A stretch of 64,000 bases of DNA, from the IMG/VR virus record IMGVR_UViG_3300006217_000016, positions 6,503-70,502 of that record; one strand, written 5' to 3'. The notes beneath the pieces were generated by a model. It was not told the origin of the DNA, made no database searches, and saw nothing but the letters and a program-made list of their open reading frames with translations. Position numbers and translations under genes: made by a program. The DNA comes from a virus (lineage: Duplodnaviria; Heunggongvirae; Uroviricota; Caudoviricetes). Of this stretch, positions 27,260-35,508 are shown in pieces (the first letter of the stretch is position 1; every line of letters starts with the position of its first letter).

Positions 27260-27703
27260 TCAACTTCTGATGATTCGATTGAATGCGTCTTCTGATATTT
27301 CCGGGTTATTGCAGGCCATCCCCTCTGGATGGTATTCAAAGTGGCAGTATGGATACCAGTCGTTATAGTCTCCGGTTCCAACCTCCAAAATGATCTCGTC
27401 AGTTACCTCGTCTTGCATCACCAGGATGTCATTATCGTATCCGCCATCTTCTTCGTTCTTCATGTAACATTTCATGGCCTGCGGCGGAAACGAATATCTC
27501 GGCGGATCATCGGACACAACAAGCTCCCTGCATCTGCTTCTATATCCATCTTCCGGGTCTTCGACAGCCATGTAGTGAACACCGTCAAGCGTAAACTTTA
27601 CGAAGTTGCAATCCTGTGATTCACCCCAACTATCATCCACACATATACGTCCGGTTTCGACACCTGACAGTTTGTGTGTTCCTACCAAATCGGAAAGTTC
27701 CAC
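27260..27703 (-). CDS. Small protein P4 of the C-terminal-tail family (ends ISEDAFNRIIRS)
   Basis: GTG start 7 nt after GGGAGGTGA, which also encodes the IGR-stop of P5. Confidence 0.5.
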   Translation of the reverse strand: MELSDLVGTHKLSGVETGRICVDDSWGESQDCNFVKFTLDGVHYMAVEDPEDGYRSRCRELVVSDDPPRYSFPPQAMKCYMKNEEDGGYDNDILVMQDEVTDEIILEVGTGDYNDWYPYCHFEYHPEGMACNNPEISEDAFNRIIRS

Positions 27704-27707
27704 TTAA

Positions 27708-28022
27708 TCACCTCCCGATGATAGCCGCAAAACTTTCGTCGGAGATGTCCTCTTGCTCTTCCCCATAGAAAGTGCATTTCATGTAGTCGTCCGCATCGTT
27801 CTTTGACCCATATCTCACAGTATCGCCTCTGATATAGTAGCAGAAATTACCACGGTGTTTCTCCCAGTAATTTTTCTTCAGAGGACTCTCGCCGGTCGGG
27901 TATTTGATGCCAAACGCGACTAATATTGCGGCAAATTCACGCTCCAAATCTGCTTCTGGGCAATTTACAGCAACATAGCTGTTTTCTCCCAGCATTGATG
28001 TATCAAATGGCCTGTCCCACAT
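27708..28022 (-). CDS. Small protein P5 (ends ISDESFAAIIGR)
   Basis: RBS GGGAGGT upstream. Paralogous core (KCTFYG) with P6. Confidence 0.5.
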   Translation of the reverse strand: MWDRPFDTSMLGENSYVAVNCPEADLEREFAAILVAFGIKYPTGESPLKKNYWEKHRGNFCYYIRGDTVRYGSKNDADDYMKCTFYGEEQEDISDESFAAIIGR

Positions 28023-28027
28023 TTGTC

Positions 28028-28384
28028 TTACCTCCCTTGATTACCCCCCCCCGCAGAGATAATTGCTTCAAATCCGGCATCGGAGATTTCAAAGTCGGGC
28101 TCCACGCCGTAAAATGTGCATTTGATATAATTTCTGTATGCGCTGTCTGAGTAACATGTTCTGCTCCCATATTTCATTGTTCCTCGCGGTTCAATGCGAT
28201 AACAGGTTTCTTCTCTGTTCTCATGCCAATGAGTTTCTCCAACTGGCTCATCACCATACCATTTTATATCGTTTTCTTCTAAAAACGAAAACAGTTCATC
28301 TACCAAGTCTTTGTCAGGACAATGGATGATGACACCGTTGAATAGCATTGAAATCTCAAGCGGAGTGTCTGGCCAATCTACCAT
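28028..28384 (-). CDS. Small protein P6 (ends ISDAGFEAIISAGGGNQGR; G9 tract in the C-terminal codons)
   Basis: Paralog of P5. Start is 6 nt after G8-TGA of P7. Confidence 0.5.
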   Translation of the reverse strand: MVDWPDTPLEISMLFNGVIIHCPDKDLVDELFSFLEENDIKWYGDEPVGETHWHENREETCYRIEPRGTMKYGSRTCYSDSAYRNYIKCTFYGVEPDFEISDAGFEAIISAGGGNQGR

Positions 28385-28390
28385 TGAGAC

Positions 28391-28636
28391 TCACCCCCCC
28401 CGAGTTAGAATATTGAGCAGAGACTCGAAGTCGGTGTAATCGTAAGGATTGATGGGATGACCATTATACATAGCAAAGAGCACTTTTGCATCGTTGGCTG
28501 GAACAAAATTGCATTCACCATTCCAATCGTCAACGACGCCCTGAAGGTACTTAGCCTGAATCAAGTACGGATCGCCATCTGCGTTTTCAGTGACGACAAC
28601 CGTATCGCTACCAAGCATAACAGTTTTCAGATCCAC
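28391..28636 (-). CDS. Small protein P7 (ends DFESLLNILTRGG-stop; RGG encoded by CGG GGG GGG TGA)
   Basis: GTG start with GGAGGTGA 6 nt upstream. Confidence 0.5.
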   Translation of the reverse strand: MDLKTVMLGSDTVVVTENADGDPYLIQAKYLQGVVDDWNGECNFVPANDAKVLFAMYNGHPINPYDYTDFESLLNILTRGG

Positions 28637-28641
28637 TCATT

Positions 28642-28815
28642 TCACCTCCGTTTTCGTTCTGCCCAATCGTTATTCCATCCACGATGCCGGGTGTTGTACG
28701 ATTGGTGTATGATGACGGATTCAAGCCACCATAACTTATCTCCGATAATGGTAGGCAGAATCATAAATCGGGTCACAATTCTCGTTTCTCCAGCAATCGG
28801 AAAACTCCAAACCAT
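28642..28815 (-). CDS. Small hypothetical protein (57 aa)
   Basis: Internal ATG with AGGAGGTG upstream. The longer ORF 28642..28986 overlaps tRNA-Leu, so it was truncated. Confidence 0.35.
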   Translation of the reverse strand: MVWSFPIAGETRIVTRFMILPTIIGDKLWWLESVIIHQSYNTRHRGWNNDWAERKRR

Positions 28816-28836
28816 GGTTTGCACCTCCTGATATAA

Positions 28837-28922
28837 TGGTGTCGATGATGGGATTTGAACCCATACGGCGTTAGAGCCAACAGGGTTTGAGCCTGTCATG
28901 TCTACTATTCCATCACATCGAC
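28837..28922 (-). tRNA. tRNA-Leu (CAA)
   Basis: Acceptor GTCGATG/CATCGAC. Anticodon loop CTCAAAC. Long variable arm. T-arm ATGGGTTCAAATCCCAT. CCA encoded. Confidence 0.7.
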
Positions 28923-28925
28923 ATA

Positions 28926-29012
28926 TGGTGTGGGCGGCGGGAATTGAACCCGCACATCGAACCCGATATAGAGGCTTAAACTCCATGTGTCTTCCAATTC
29001 CACCACGCCCAC
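28926..29012 (-). tRNA. tRNA-Leu (UAA)
   Basis: Acceptor GTGGGCG/CGCCCAC. Anticodon loop TTTAAGC. Long variable arm. T-arm GCGGGTTCAATTCCCGC. CCA encoded. Confidence 0.7.
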
Positions 29013-29024
29013 AGAAGAGTAATT

Positions 29025-29276
29025 TTATGTTATTCCGTGAGATTGCTCAAACGAAACAAGTTTCTCAATCGCGTCGTCATATGCAGCTCGCGTCTTCTCG
29101 TTATTGGTTCTTGATACAATGCTTCCAAAATACTTTGCAGCAGATTTCAACGCGTCCAAAGTGCGTTTCTCCGCCATGGTTAATCCCATGTGGGCAGCCT
29201 CACATTCCTCAATCGCATCATGGCTCAGAGACTCTTTGCCGCAATGTTCACAGACATACATTTGATACATCCTCAC
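29025..29276 (-). CDS. Small Cys/His-containing protein
   Basis: 83-aa ORF with CEHCG...CEAAH. Confidence 0.45.
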   Translation of the reverse strand: MRMYQMYVCEHCGKESLSHDAIEECEAAHMGLTMAEKRTLDALKSAAKYFGSIVSRTNNEKTRAAYDDAIEKLVSFEQSHGIT

Positions 29277-29289
29277 GATATCCCCTCCA

Positions 29290-29496
29290 TTACCATGGCC
29301 AGTTCATGATGGAATAAAACGTTGCACCACCCAGAAAGAACCAATCTAACAAATCCAAAAGCCTCTTGTATGTTAAATAGTAACTTTCTTTCGACAGAAA
29401 TTGAAGCGCCAAACGCAGCAACGAAAGGATGATAATTGCAGAACAATAAATGAGGAACAATATGCTTTCTTCCATCTTTGGCCGCCTCCTAATCAA
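29290..29496 (-). CDS. Small membrane protein
   Basis: 68 aa, hydrophobic. Confidence 0.4.
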   Translation of the reverse strand: MIRRRPKMEESILFLIYCSAIIILSLLRLALQFLSKESYYLTYKRLLDLLDWFFLGGATFYSIMNWPW

Positions 29497-29590
29497 AGGA
29501 CTGTTTTATTCATCGTGCTCGATATCTGTGGTTACAGCCCAAACCAAGCCTGTCAGGCCAACCAGGAAATAAATGTTTTCTTACTCATTT

Positions 29591-30424
29591 TTATCTCCAG
29601 TTCGTACCAATCCGACCGTCTGGGTGGATTATGATATTGGAGTATCCGGCTCCATAGTCATTCTGGCGTTGCTGCCACATATCTCCAAGTGTTACGCGGG
29701 CGTGCTTTCCATCGTAGTCAAAGGTCGCATAGACAAAGAAGTCACCGATTCTGAATGTATGTACATCAATTTCTTCGTCCTCTTGCAGAGCATTCCAGAT
29801 ATCTACCGGGTAATCCTTCTTCTCAAGCCCGCTAAGGAACCGGAACGAAAAGCTGTCGGCATCTATCTTCATGTAATCTTTGATTGACGAGAGAGACGGA
29901 CTTTCCATCACTGTTTGGACTGTGCAACCGGGAAACCGGGCCGGATTTGCATGGACGAACTCATTGTGGGACAGGTTGATATGAGCCAACCCACTCAGGT
30001 CTGCGTTGAAACCAGCAGTATTGATAGAGCAAAAAACATTGTTGCTATTACACCTGTATGTCTCAGCGATATTCGCAATCTGCTCTGGGTAAAGTCCTGG
30101 TTCTCCACCTGTTATGGTAAGTCTGGCATCTGGATGCTCGCCAAGTACTATTTTCAAAGCCTCGATTTGGGCAGGGAAATTATTGTCGCCCGCCATAGGG
30201 TTTTGCCGCTCCAAACAGAACGGGCAGTTAAAGGGGCACTCTTCCGTTGTAATCAACTGGACATTGATACGGTAGTACAGAGGTCGGCCAAGGGACGTTT
30301 CCACCTTCCTGCTCTGTAATCTATACCGCAGGTCATCCCGCATCTCAGTCCTTATGTCTTCGTAGGAACCAATAAATGGAATTCTGTTCATTTTGCTACT
30401 CACTCGCGCCAACCTCCTTCGCAT
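29591..30424 (-). CDS. Radical SAM domain protein (second copy)
   Basis: CPFNCPFC (CxxxCxxC) and the GGEP motif LTITGGEP. Start ambiguous (30424 or 30391). Confidence 0.6.
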   Translation of the reverse strand: MRRRLARVSSKMNRIPFIGSYEDIRTEMRDDLRYRLQSRKVETSLGRPLYYRINVQLITTEECPFNCPFCLERQNPMAGDNNFPAQIEALKIVLGEHPDARLTITGGEPGLYPEQIANIAETYRCNSNNVFCSINTAGFNADLSGLAHINLSHNEFVHANPARFPGCTVQTVMESPSLSSIKDYMKIDADSFSFRFLSGLEKKDYPVDIWNALQEDEEIDVHTFRIGDFFVYATFDYDGKHARVTLGDMWQQRQNDYGAGYSNIIIHPDGRIGTNWR

Positions 30425-30593
30425 CAAAGAACTATTTGATTGCTGTAACGATAATGAAAAGTATGACTATCGCCAAACACCAGAAGCCTTGTTTTTGGTA
30501 GAGTTTGCGGCAACAAGAACGTTCCTCGACATACCGTTCCCATGCCAAATCAGATACGAAATCTTCTCGTTTCATTCAAGACGCTCCTCTCTC

Positions 30594-31022
30594 TTACCAT
30601 GGAGCGCTTTCCGAAAGCCCAAGGATACAGTATCCATCGGCCAACCCATATTCTTTTGCGTCTTTAAGGATGTACTGAATCATACGGATGGAATACTCTC
30701 CGGTGTATCCGTTGTCAGAGCTCCATTCTCGAAGCACCACAATATCGCCAACCACAAAGTCCCTATCGTTCCTCCGAAGTTCGAAGTTTTTCTCAAAGGA
30801 AAAATATTTCGGAAGAATTTTGAGTTCATGGACTTTTATCGTTTCACCCACAAATCTTGGATTTTCATCATATTTAATTGCGTGACGATCAAAGAACCTT
30901 CCGCTTTCCAGTCCTGGTATACAATCTTTGCATGGGGCTTCCGCTACCGAACAAGAAAAGTGCTTGCAGGAATGGCAAGTACACCGCCTGCCATTGTGGT
31001 AAAAGCTCAGATAATCCATCAT
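30594..31022 (-). CDS. ASCH/DUF3850-like domain protein with an N-terminal Cys-rich segment
   Basis: C-terminal EKNFELRRNDRDFVVGDIVVLREW resembles the DUF3850/ASCH fold. Start at MMDYL with GGAGG upstream. Confidence 0.45.
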   Translation of the reverse strand: MMDYLSFYHNGRRCTCHSCKHFSCSVAEAPCKDCIPGLESGRFFDRHAIKYDENPRFVGETIKVHELKILPKYFSFEKNFELRRNDRDFVVGDIVVLREWSSDNGYTGEYSIRMIQYILKDAKEYGLADGYCILGLSESAPW

Positions 31023-31040
31023 ATTGCCTCCATTCAAAAC

Positions 31041-31238
31041 CTATCGGATTGCCCGTTCATATGACTCTTTATCCAGGAATCTGTCATTATGCCATCCGCG
31101 AATTGTTATGTCTGGCCTCCATTCCTGACGGAGATAAACTGTCTCAAGCCACACAATTTCATGATCGACTTTGACAGGGAAAATTGCAAAACGCTTAATG
31201 AATCGTTCTTCTCCCCAATATGGCATATGGATTCTCAC
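31041..31238 (-). CDS. Hypothetical protein
   Basis: 65-aa ORF. Confidence 0.4.
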   Translation of the reverse strand: MRIHMPYWGEERFIKRFAIFPVKVDHEIVWLETVYLRQEWRPDITIRGWHNDRFLDKESYERAIR

Positions 31239-31267
31239 GTCATCACCCGTCCTAACTAAATTTCATA

Positions 31268-31343
31268 TGGTGGAGATAGTCGGGATCGAACCGGCGACCT
31301 CCTGCTTGCAAGGCAGGCGCTCTCCCATCTGAGCTATATCCCC
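31268..31343 (-). tRNA. tRNA-Ala (UGC)
   Basis: Acceptor GGGGATA/TATCTCC with G3-U70. Anticodon loop CTTGCAA. CCA encoded. Confidence 0.8.
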
Positions 31344-31348
31344 ATATT

Positions 31349-31434
31349 AGAGAGTGGTGGGAATCGAACCCACGCAGCGCATATCCGGTTGACAGGCATG
31401 TATCTGCCCCGCTCTGCCACTGAGCTACACTCTC
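31349..31434 (-). tRNA. Atypical tRNA (anticodon arm folds only with a 6-nt loop GATACA; about 20-nt unstructured variable region)
   Basis: Perfect acceptor GAGAGTG/CACTCTC. D-arm GCTCAGTGGCAGAGC. T-arm GTGGGTTCGATTCCCAC. No CCA. Anticodon not assignable. Confidence 0.45.
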
Positions 31435-31493
31435 ATAGAACCGGCTTTCACGGTGCGTCTATATTGACGCGCTTGAATTTCACACTCACGATG

Positions 31494-32423
31494 TTAGTCG
31501 ATCCCGTCAACACCGACAATAGTGCCGCCAGACGAATTAACCTTGGGGAGAACACCGTTCCACTGCTCATACTTGATCTTTTCAATCAGCTCGGGCGTGA
31601 GAGACTGTGCAATCTGCTGGTTAGCCGCCGCCTCTGCTTCTGCGGCGATCCGAACCACCTCTGCAGCTGCATTGGCCTCAATGATTTCCGTCTCTGCCTG
31701 AATTTCGGCAGCCTCTTTTTCCTTCTGAGCCTGAATCAGAGCAACCTCGCGCTCTTTCTCCGCCTGTACCTTGGCTGTCTGAGCCTCGATATTGGCCAGC
31801 TCCAGCTCCTGCTGGGCGGTAACCTTTTTCTGAATGGCCGCAGCAGTTTCAGCATCAACAGAAATATCGGTGAAGTTCACGGTGTCAATGATGATGCCGT
31901 ACACATCAAATTTCTGTCGCAGGTAGGTATCCAACTCCGCATTGATAGCAGTACGCTTATCACCGAAGATGTCGGTAACGGGATAATTAGCGGAAACCTC
32001 CTGCGTCCAGGCGATGACCTTGGGCTTGATGAATGTGTCCTTGATAGTCTCGCCGGACTTGCCCTTGAATGTGACGAACGTCTGCGCCACACGTGCCTCG
32101 TCAAACCGGTAGGAGAACTCAAGGTTCACACGTACGGTCTTTCCATCGGACGTTGGGATACTGAAACTCTCGTCGTCCTTGGAGTCACCCTTGTCCTCAG
32201 CGGTCAGATAGGACTGCTCAATGCCGATGGAGTATGTAGTGACCTTCTTTGTGGGAGAGACCAGATGCCAGCCCTGGGTCAGAATCTCTCCGTCAACGCC
32301 GCCGTTCATGTTGTAAACCACCCCAACATAGCCGGCAGGCACACGCTCCAGACAGATAACGGCACCAATCAGGCCAAGGATCAGGGCAAGTGCCAGAAGC
32401 AGCGCACCAATTTTACCTTTCAT
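31494..32423 (-). CDS. SPFH/band-7 (stomatin/prohibitin/HflK-like) membrane protein
   Basis: N-terminal TM then an SPFH-like domain and an Ala/Glu/Gln-rich coiled-coil tail. Start at MKGKIG. Confidence 0.7.
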   Translation of the reverse strand: MKGKIGALLLALALILGLIGAVICLERVPAGYVGVVYNMNGGVDGEILTQGWHLVSPTKKVTTYSIGIEQSYLTAEDKGDSKDDESFSIPTSDGKTVRVNLEFSYRFDEARVAQTFVTFKGKSGETIKDTFIKPKVIAWTQEVSANYPVTDIFGDKRTAINAELDTYLRQKFDVYGIIIDTVNFTDISVDAETAAAIQKKVTAQQELELANIEAQTAKVQAEKEREVALIQAQKEKEAAEIQAETEIIEANAAAEVVRIAAEAEAAANQQIAQSLTPELIEKIKYEQWNGVLPKVNSSGGTIVGVDGID

Positions 32424-32601
32424 TCGATGAATCGTCCTCCCATTCTTCAAAGTATTCCTCGGACTCGTCGTCCTCGATTTCTCTTTTTGCATCGTTGAAT
32501 AGGTCTAAAAACCACCCGCCAATGTCTTTGAAGGCAAAGCTCAGGCAGAACCAGACCAGAACCAACACGATAATGACGAGAAGCCAGAAAACAATGTTCA
32601 T
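32413..32601 (-). CDS. Small membrane protein upstream of SPFH (NfeD-like partner?)
   Basis: 62 aa with one TM helix and an acidic tail. Confidence 0.4.
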   Translation of the reverse strand: MNIVFWLLVIIVLVLVWFCLSFAFKDIGGWFLDLFNDAKREIEDDESEEYFEEWEDDSSNER

Positions 32602-32666
32602 ACAGACTCCTCCTTGAATTTCGGATGGGCGGCTTTTAAGAGGAGCCGCCAGAACCTCGCTGGGGA

Positions 32667-33983
32667 TTACTCCGCGTCAGCAACCTCGTCAGCCTCAGTC
32701 TGCTGGACAACCGGAGCCGGAGCAGGAACAGCCGCAGGAGCCTGAAACAGGCCGCCGCCCATCATCTGGCTCAGCATCAGCATCTTCATCATACCGCCGG
32801 ACTCGCCATCGTCATCGCCGCCGGACAGAGCCATCAGCATCAGGGGGTTGATCCCACCGAACAGGCCACCGGTGGGAGCCGCAGCAGCGTTGCCGCCCAT
32901 CATGGTCATCATGGCAACAGTGGTGAACAGATCGTCCTCGCTGTCGGCGTCGCCCATCAGCATCAGGAACATGGGGTTGATGCCCTCAGCACCCTTGCCG
33001 TTCATCATGGTGAACAGAGAAGTGACCTTGGCGTAGGGGCAGTAGCCCATCACGGTGTTGATCTCCTTCACCAGAGTGGCGGTACGGCCACTGTCCAGAG
33101 ACACACCCTTGATGGCACCCGAGTGGGTGATGTTGGTGATGTAGATATACTTTCCGCCGTTGAGAACCACGTCGCCGACGCTGACGTCCTTCACGGGCAT
33201 GACGAAGACCATCTTGTCCAGCGCCTCGGAACCCAGCACCAGATCCATGCAGTTGTTGATGGACTTGCTCTCGGGATCGTAGAAGACATAGTCGCCGTTC
33301 TTGCGCTGGTAGGCGATGTCGCCGGAGATGCTCAGAGCGACGGAGCCGTCATCGATGGCGTGGGGCATGTACTGCTTCAGCATTTTCTTGAAATCAAACT
33401 TCATTTTGGACTTCTTCCTTTCATTCTTTGTTGTAGTGTTGGTCTGGGTGCCGCAGGTGATTCCGCCAGTCACAGTAGGCTGAACAGGAACGCCGGGGAT
33501 GCAGGGAACTGTGGATCTGCAGGCGGGCGCCGTCGTGCGGGTGAACCGCTGGATAGCAGGACCGGCAAAGTCGTTAGCGTGCCAGACCCACATTCCATCG
33601 TCTTCAGCGATGGAGTAACCGGGTTCGCTCCCGAACACGTCCACCACATCCTCCCCAGTGATCGTAACTTCGCGGCCAGCCAGTTCCCGCATCGCAGGGG
33701 CATGAAGGTCGTCGAGGTCAGACCTCACCATAACCTTATCGCCGACATGGTATTTGACAGCAAAACCTGCGAACATTTCGTCGGTCCACCCCCATCCACC
33801 GCAGTCCTCTCGGATATGGTAGCCGTAACAGTCAACTTCTTCGATGGTCACAACTTGACCGCGGAGATGCGTCATTTCGGGCACAACACTATTGTGATGA
33901 CTACCATCATCCATGTAGTACCCGCTGCGCACTTCGAGATCGTCCAACACCTTGACCTTATCCCCCTCTTTGTATTTGGGCAT
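32667..33983 (-). CDS. Composite ORF: two about 70-aa tandem repeats (GDKV...GGWGWTDEMFAG), then after an in-frame internal RBS+ATG near 33405 a domain with a Met/Gly-rich low-complexity tail
   Basis: Single open frame of 438 aa. Internal GAAAGGAAGAAG-N6-ATG (MKFDFKK) suggests a nested second product. Confidence 0.45.
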   Translation of the reverse strand: MPKYKEGDKVKVLDDLEVRSGYYMDDGSHHNSVVPEMTHLRGQVVTIEEVDCYGYHIREDCGGWGWTDEMFAGFAVKYHVGDKVMVRSDLDDLHAPAMRELAGREVTITGEDVVDVFGSEPGYSIAEDDGMWVWHANDFAGPAIQRFTRTTAPACRSTVPCIPGVPVQPTVTGGITCGTQTNTTTKNERKKSKMKFDFKKMLKQYMPHAIDDGSVALSISGDIAYQRKNGDYVFYDPESKSINNCMDLVLGSEALDKMVFVMPVKDVSVGDVVLNGGKYIYITNITHSGAIKGVSLDSGRTATLVKEINTVMGYCPYAKVTSLFTMMNGKGAEGINPMFLMLMGDADSEDDLFTTVAMMTMMGGNAAAAPTGGLFGGINPLMLMALSGGDDDGESGGMMKMLMLSQMMGGGLFQAPAAVPAPAPVVQQTEADEVADAE

Positions 33984-34267
33984 TGACTAAACTCCTTTCC
34001 TTTATGTACTTAGATCAAACGCTCGGGGAGAGCGCTAATCCCAATGGGATTGGCATCGTCAATCGACACCATCAAGTTCGTCCAACGCTTCTTTCATGGT
34101 ATCCGCGCTGAACTGAAAGACACCATCGAGGAAGACCTCAATGTGTCCTCTGACCCATTTGAACTGATACATGAGGCACCTCACTTTCTTCCTCTGGCGA
34201 GTAAAAAAGACACTAACTGTCTCCAGCCAGTGTCTGTCGTTTCCCTATCTACAATAGTACAGAGATT

Positions 34268-34353
34268 CTCTTTAAGGGTAACACCCCTCAAACCATTGCA
34301 AATCAAGGACTTTTTGAGCGTTTTGCCACCTCGATGGTGGCAAGCGATTGCCC
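34268..34353. repeat. Repeat R1 (TACAGAGATTCTCTTTAAGGGTAACACCCCTCAAA ... CCACCTCGATGGTGGCAAG)
   Basis: About 80% identical to R2 at 42106-42200. Confidence 0.55.
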
Positions 34354-34488
34354 ACTCTGCGTTTCTGAACCGGGCTTGTGACCGGCTATGGCCGCATTAG
34401 GCAGGCGGCCCGCTACTTTGCAGGCCGCCTATCGGAAAGGAAAGAACCGCTGGATGTAACCTACGGCATTGGGAAGCGCCTATGGCGC

Positions 34489-34554
34489 TGGCATCGGGAG
34501 TGGGATTTGAACCCACGGACGGTTTCCCGCCTCCAGTCGCTCGGCCACCCCGAC
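34489..34554 (-). ncRNA. 66-nt tRNA-like element: tRNA-Ser-type acceptor, D-arm, T-arm and CCA, with the anticodon arm replaced by a CGG-GAAA-CCG minihelix
   Basis: Sequence GUCGGGGUGGCCGAGCGACUGGAGGCGGGAAACCGUCCGUGGGUUCAAAUCCCACUCCCGAUGCCA. Flanked by hairpins on both sides. Confidence 0.45.
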
Positions 34555-34950
34555 TTAGGGTGGTGGTTTTTGTTCAGGCAGAACCACCAAACTGCTGATA
34601 GGCCGGCATTCAACGGGGAGCACATATGACTCCCCAGGTTGATGTCAAGGTTCGGCAAACCTCCTTTACTCATCGGTAAAGCATGGACTTCACGCCGTCT
34701 GGCAAATCTGCCGGCGGCGCCGTAAAATCTTTCAATTTAATCTTCGATAATCAATCTATTATGAAGATTTGGGCTGGTCGCGTGCTCGATGCAAAACCTT
34801 CCCTCCTTTTCGAGGTTCCGTCCCCGGCGCAATGGGCCCGGTCTACCGCCGGGCGCGGCGGGCATAAATTCTCGGATACCTCCATGAAGATAATATTCAA
34901 ACACTCCTAGGCGTCTTCAGAGTGCAGAATAACGAAATAAAACTACCGTT

Positions 34951-35496
34951 TTAGGTTTCCTGGTCGATGCTATCAGGATCAGGAATGTCTTCCGAACCCT
35001 CATCGGGATCTCCAAACGGGTACTGAACCATCACGCCGTCAACATTGGTTGGGTGTCGGATAGAGAACCCAAAGTTCTCGAACAGGTATTCCTCGACGAT
35101 TGAGGCGATTTCATCAATTTCCTGTGGAGAAATTCCCGCCTTTGCGGGGTCTTCGTCAAGCATGACGGTAAGCATGTCCTCGACGGAACCGATGATTTCA
35201 TTGACCCGTTCTTCATCGCCCGACACATAATCTTCCTCATCATCGTCGGGATAGATATATGTGGAAAGCAAGTTATCATAGGTCTTCTCTGCGTCGAGGT
35301 ACGAATAGGTCTTGACGTTGTGAACCTCCTCGCCGTCAACCTCAACAGAGAAACAGGGGAAACCTCCATCTTCGGCGACATAGATTTCAACGCCTTGATC
35401 TTCATCGCTGGCAATTACCTGATACTCATTTGCCAACGCTTTCCTGTGCTCTGAGAAATATTCCCAAAGCTCATCCACGGTGATGTTTTCTTTCAT
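34951..35496 (-). CDS. Acidic hypothetical protein
   Basis: 181-aa ORF. Confidence 0.5.
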   Translation of the reverse strand: MKENITVDELWEYFSEHRKALANEYQVIASDEDQGVEIYVAEDGGFPCFSVEVDGEEVHNVKTYSYLDAEKTYDNLLSTYIYPDDDEEDYVSGDEERVNEIIGSVEDMLTVMLDEDPAKAGISPQEIDEIASIVEEYLFENFGFSIRHPTNVDGVMVQYPFGDPDEGSEDIPDPDSIDQET

Positions 35497-35508
35497 GACC
35501 TCACCTCT

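Noticed and set aside
28642-28986. 114-aa ORF spanning the tRNA-Leu(CAA) gene
   Set aside because: Its 5' half overlaps a confidently folded tRNA. Only the downstream 57-aa part with its own AGGAGGTG RBS was kept.
33404-33983. Exact coordinate of the internal start in the 438-aa ORF
   Set aside because: Hand-counted residue and nucleotide positions disagreed by one base. The internal start is reported as approximate (about 33405).
34044-34629. Plus-strand ORFs 34044..34400 and 34378..34629
   Set aside because: They overlap the R1 repeat, hairpins and the mini tRNA-like element. No RBS. They are in a minus-strand-only region.
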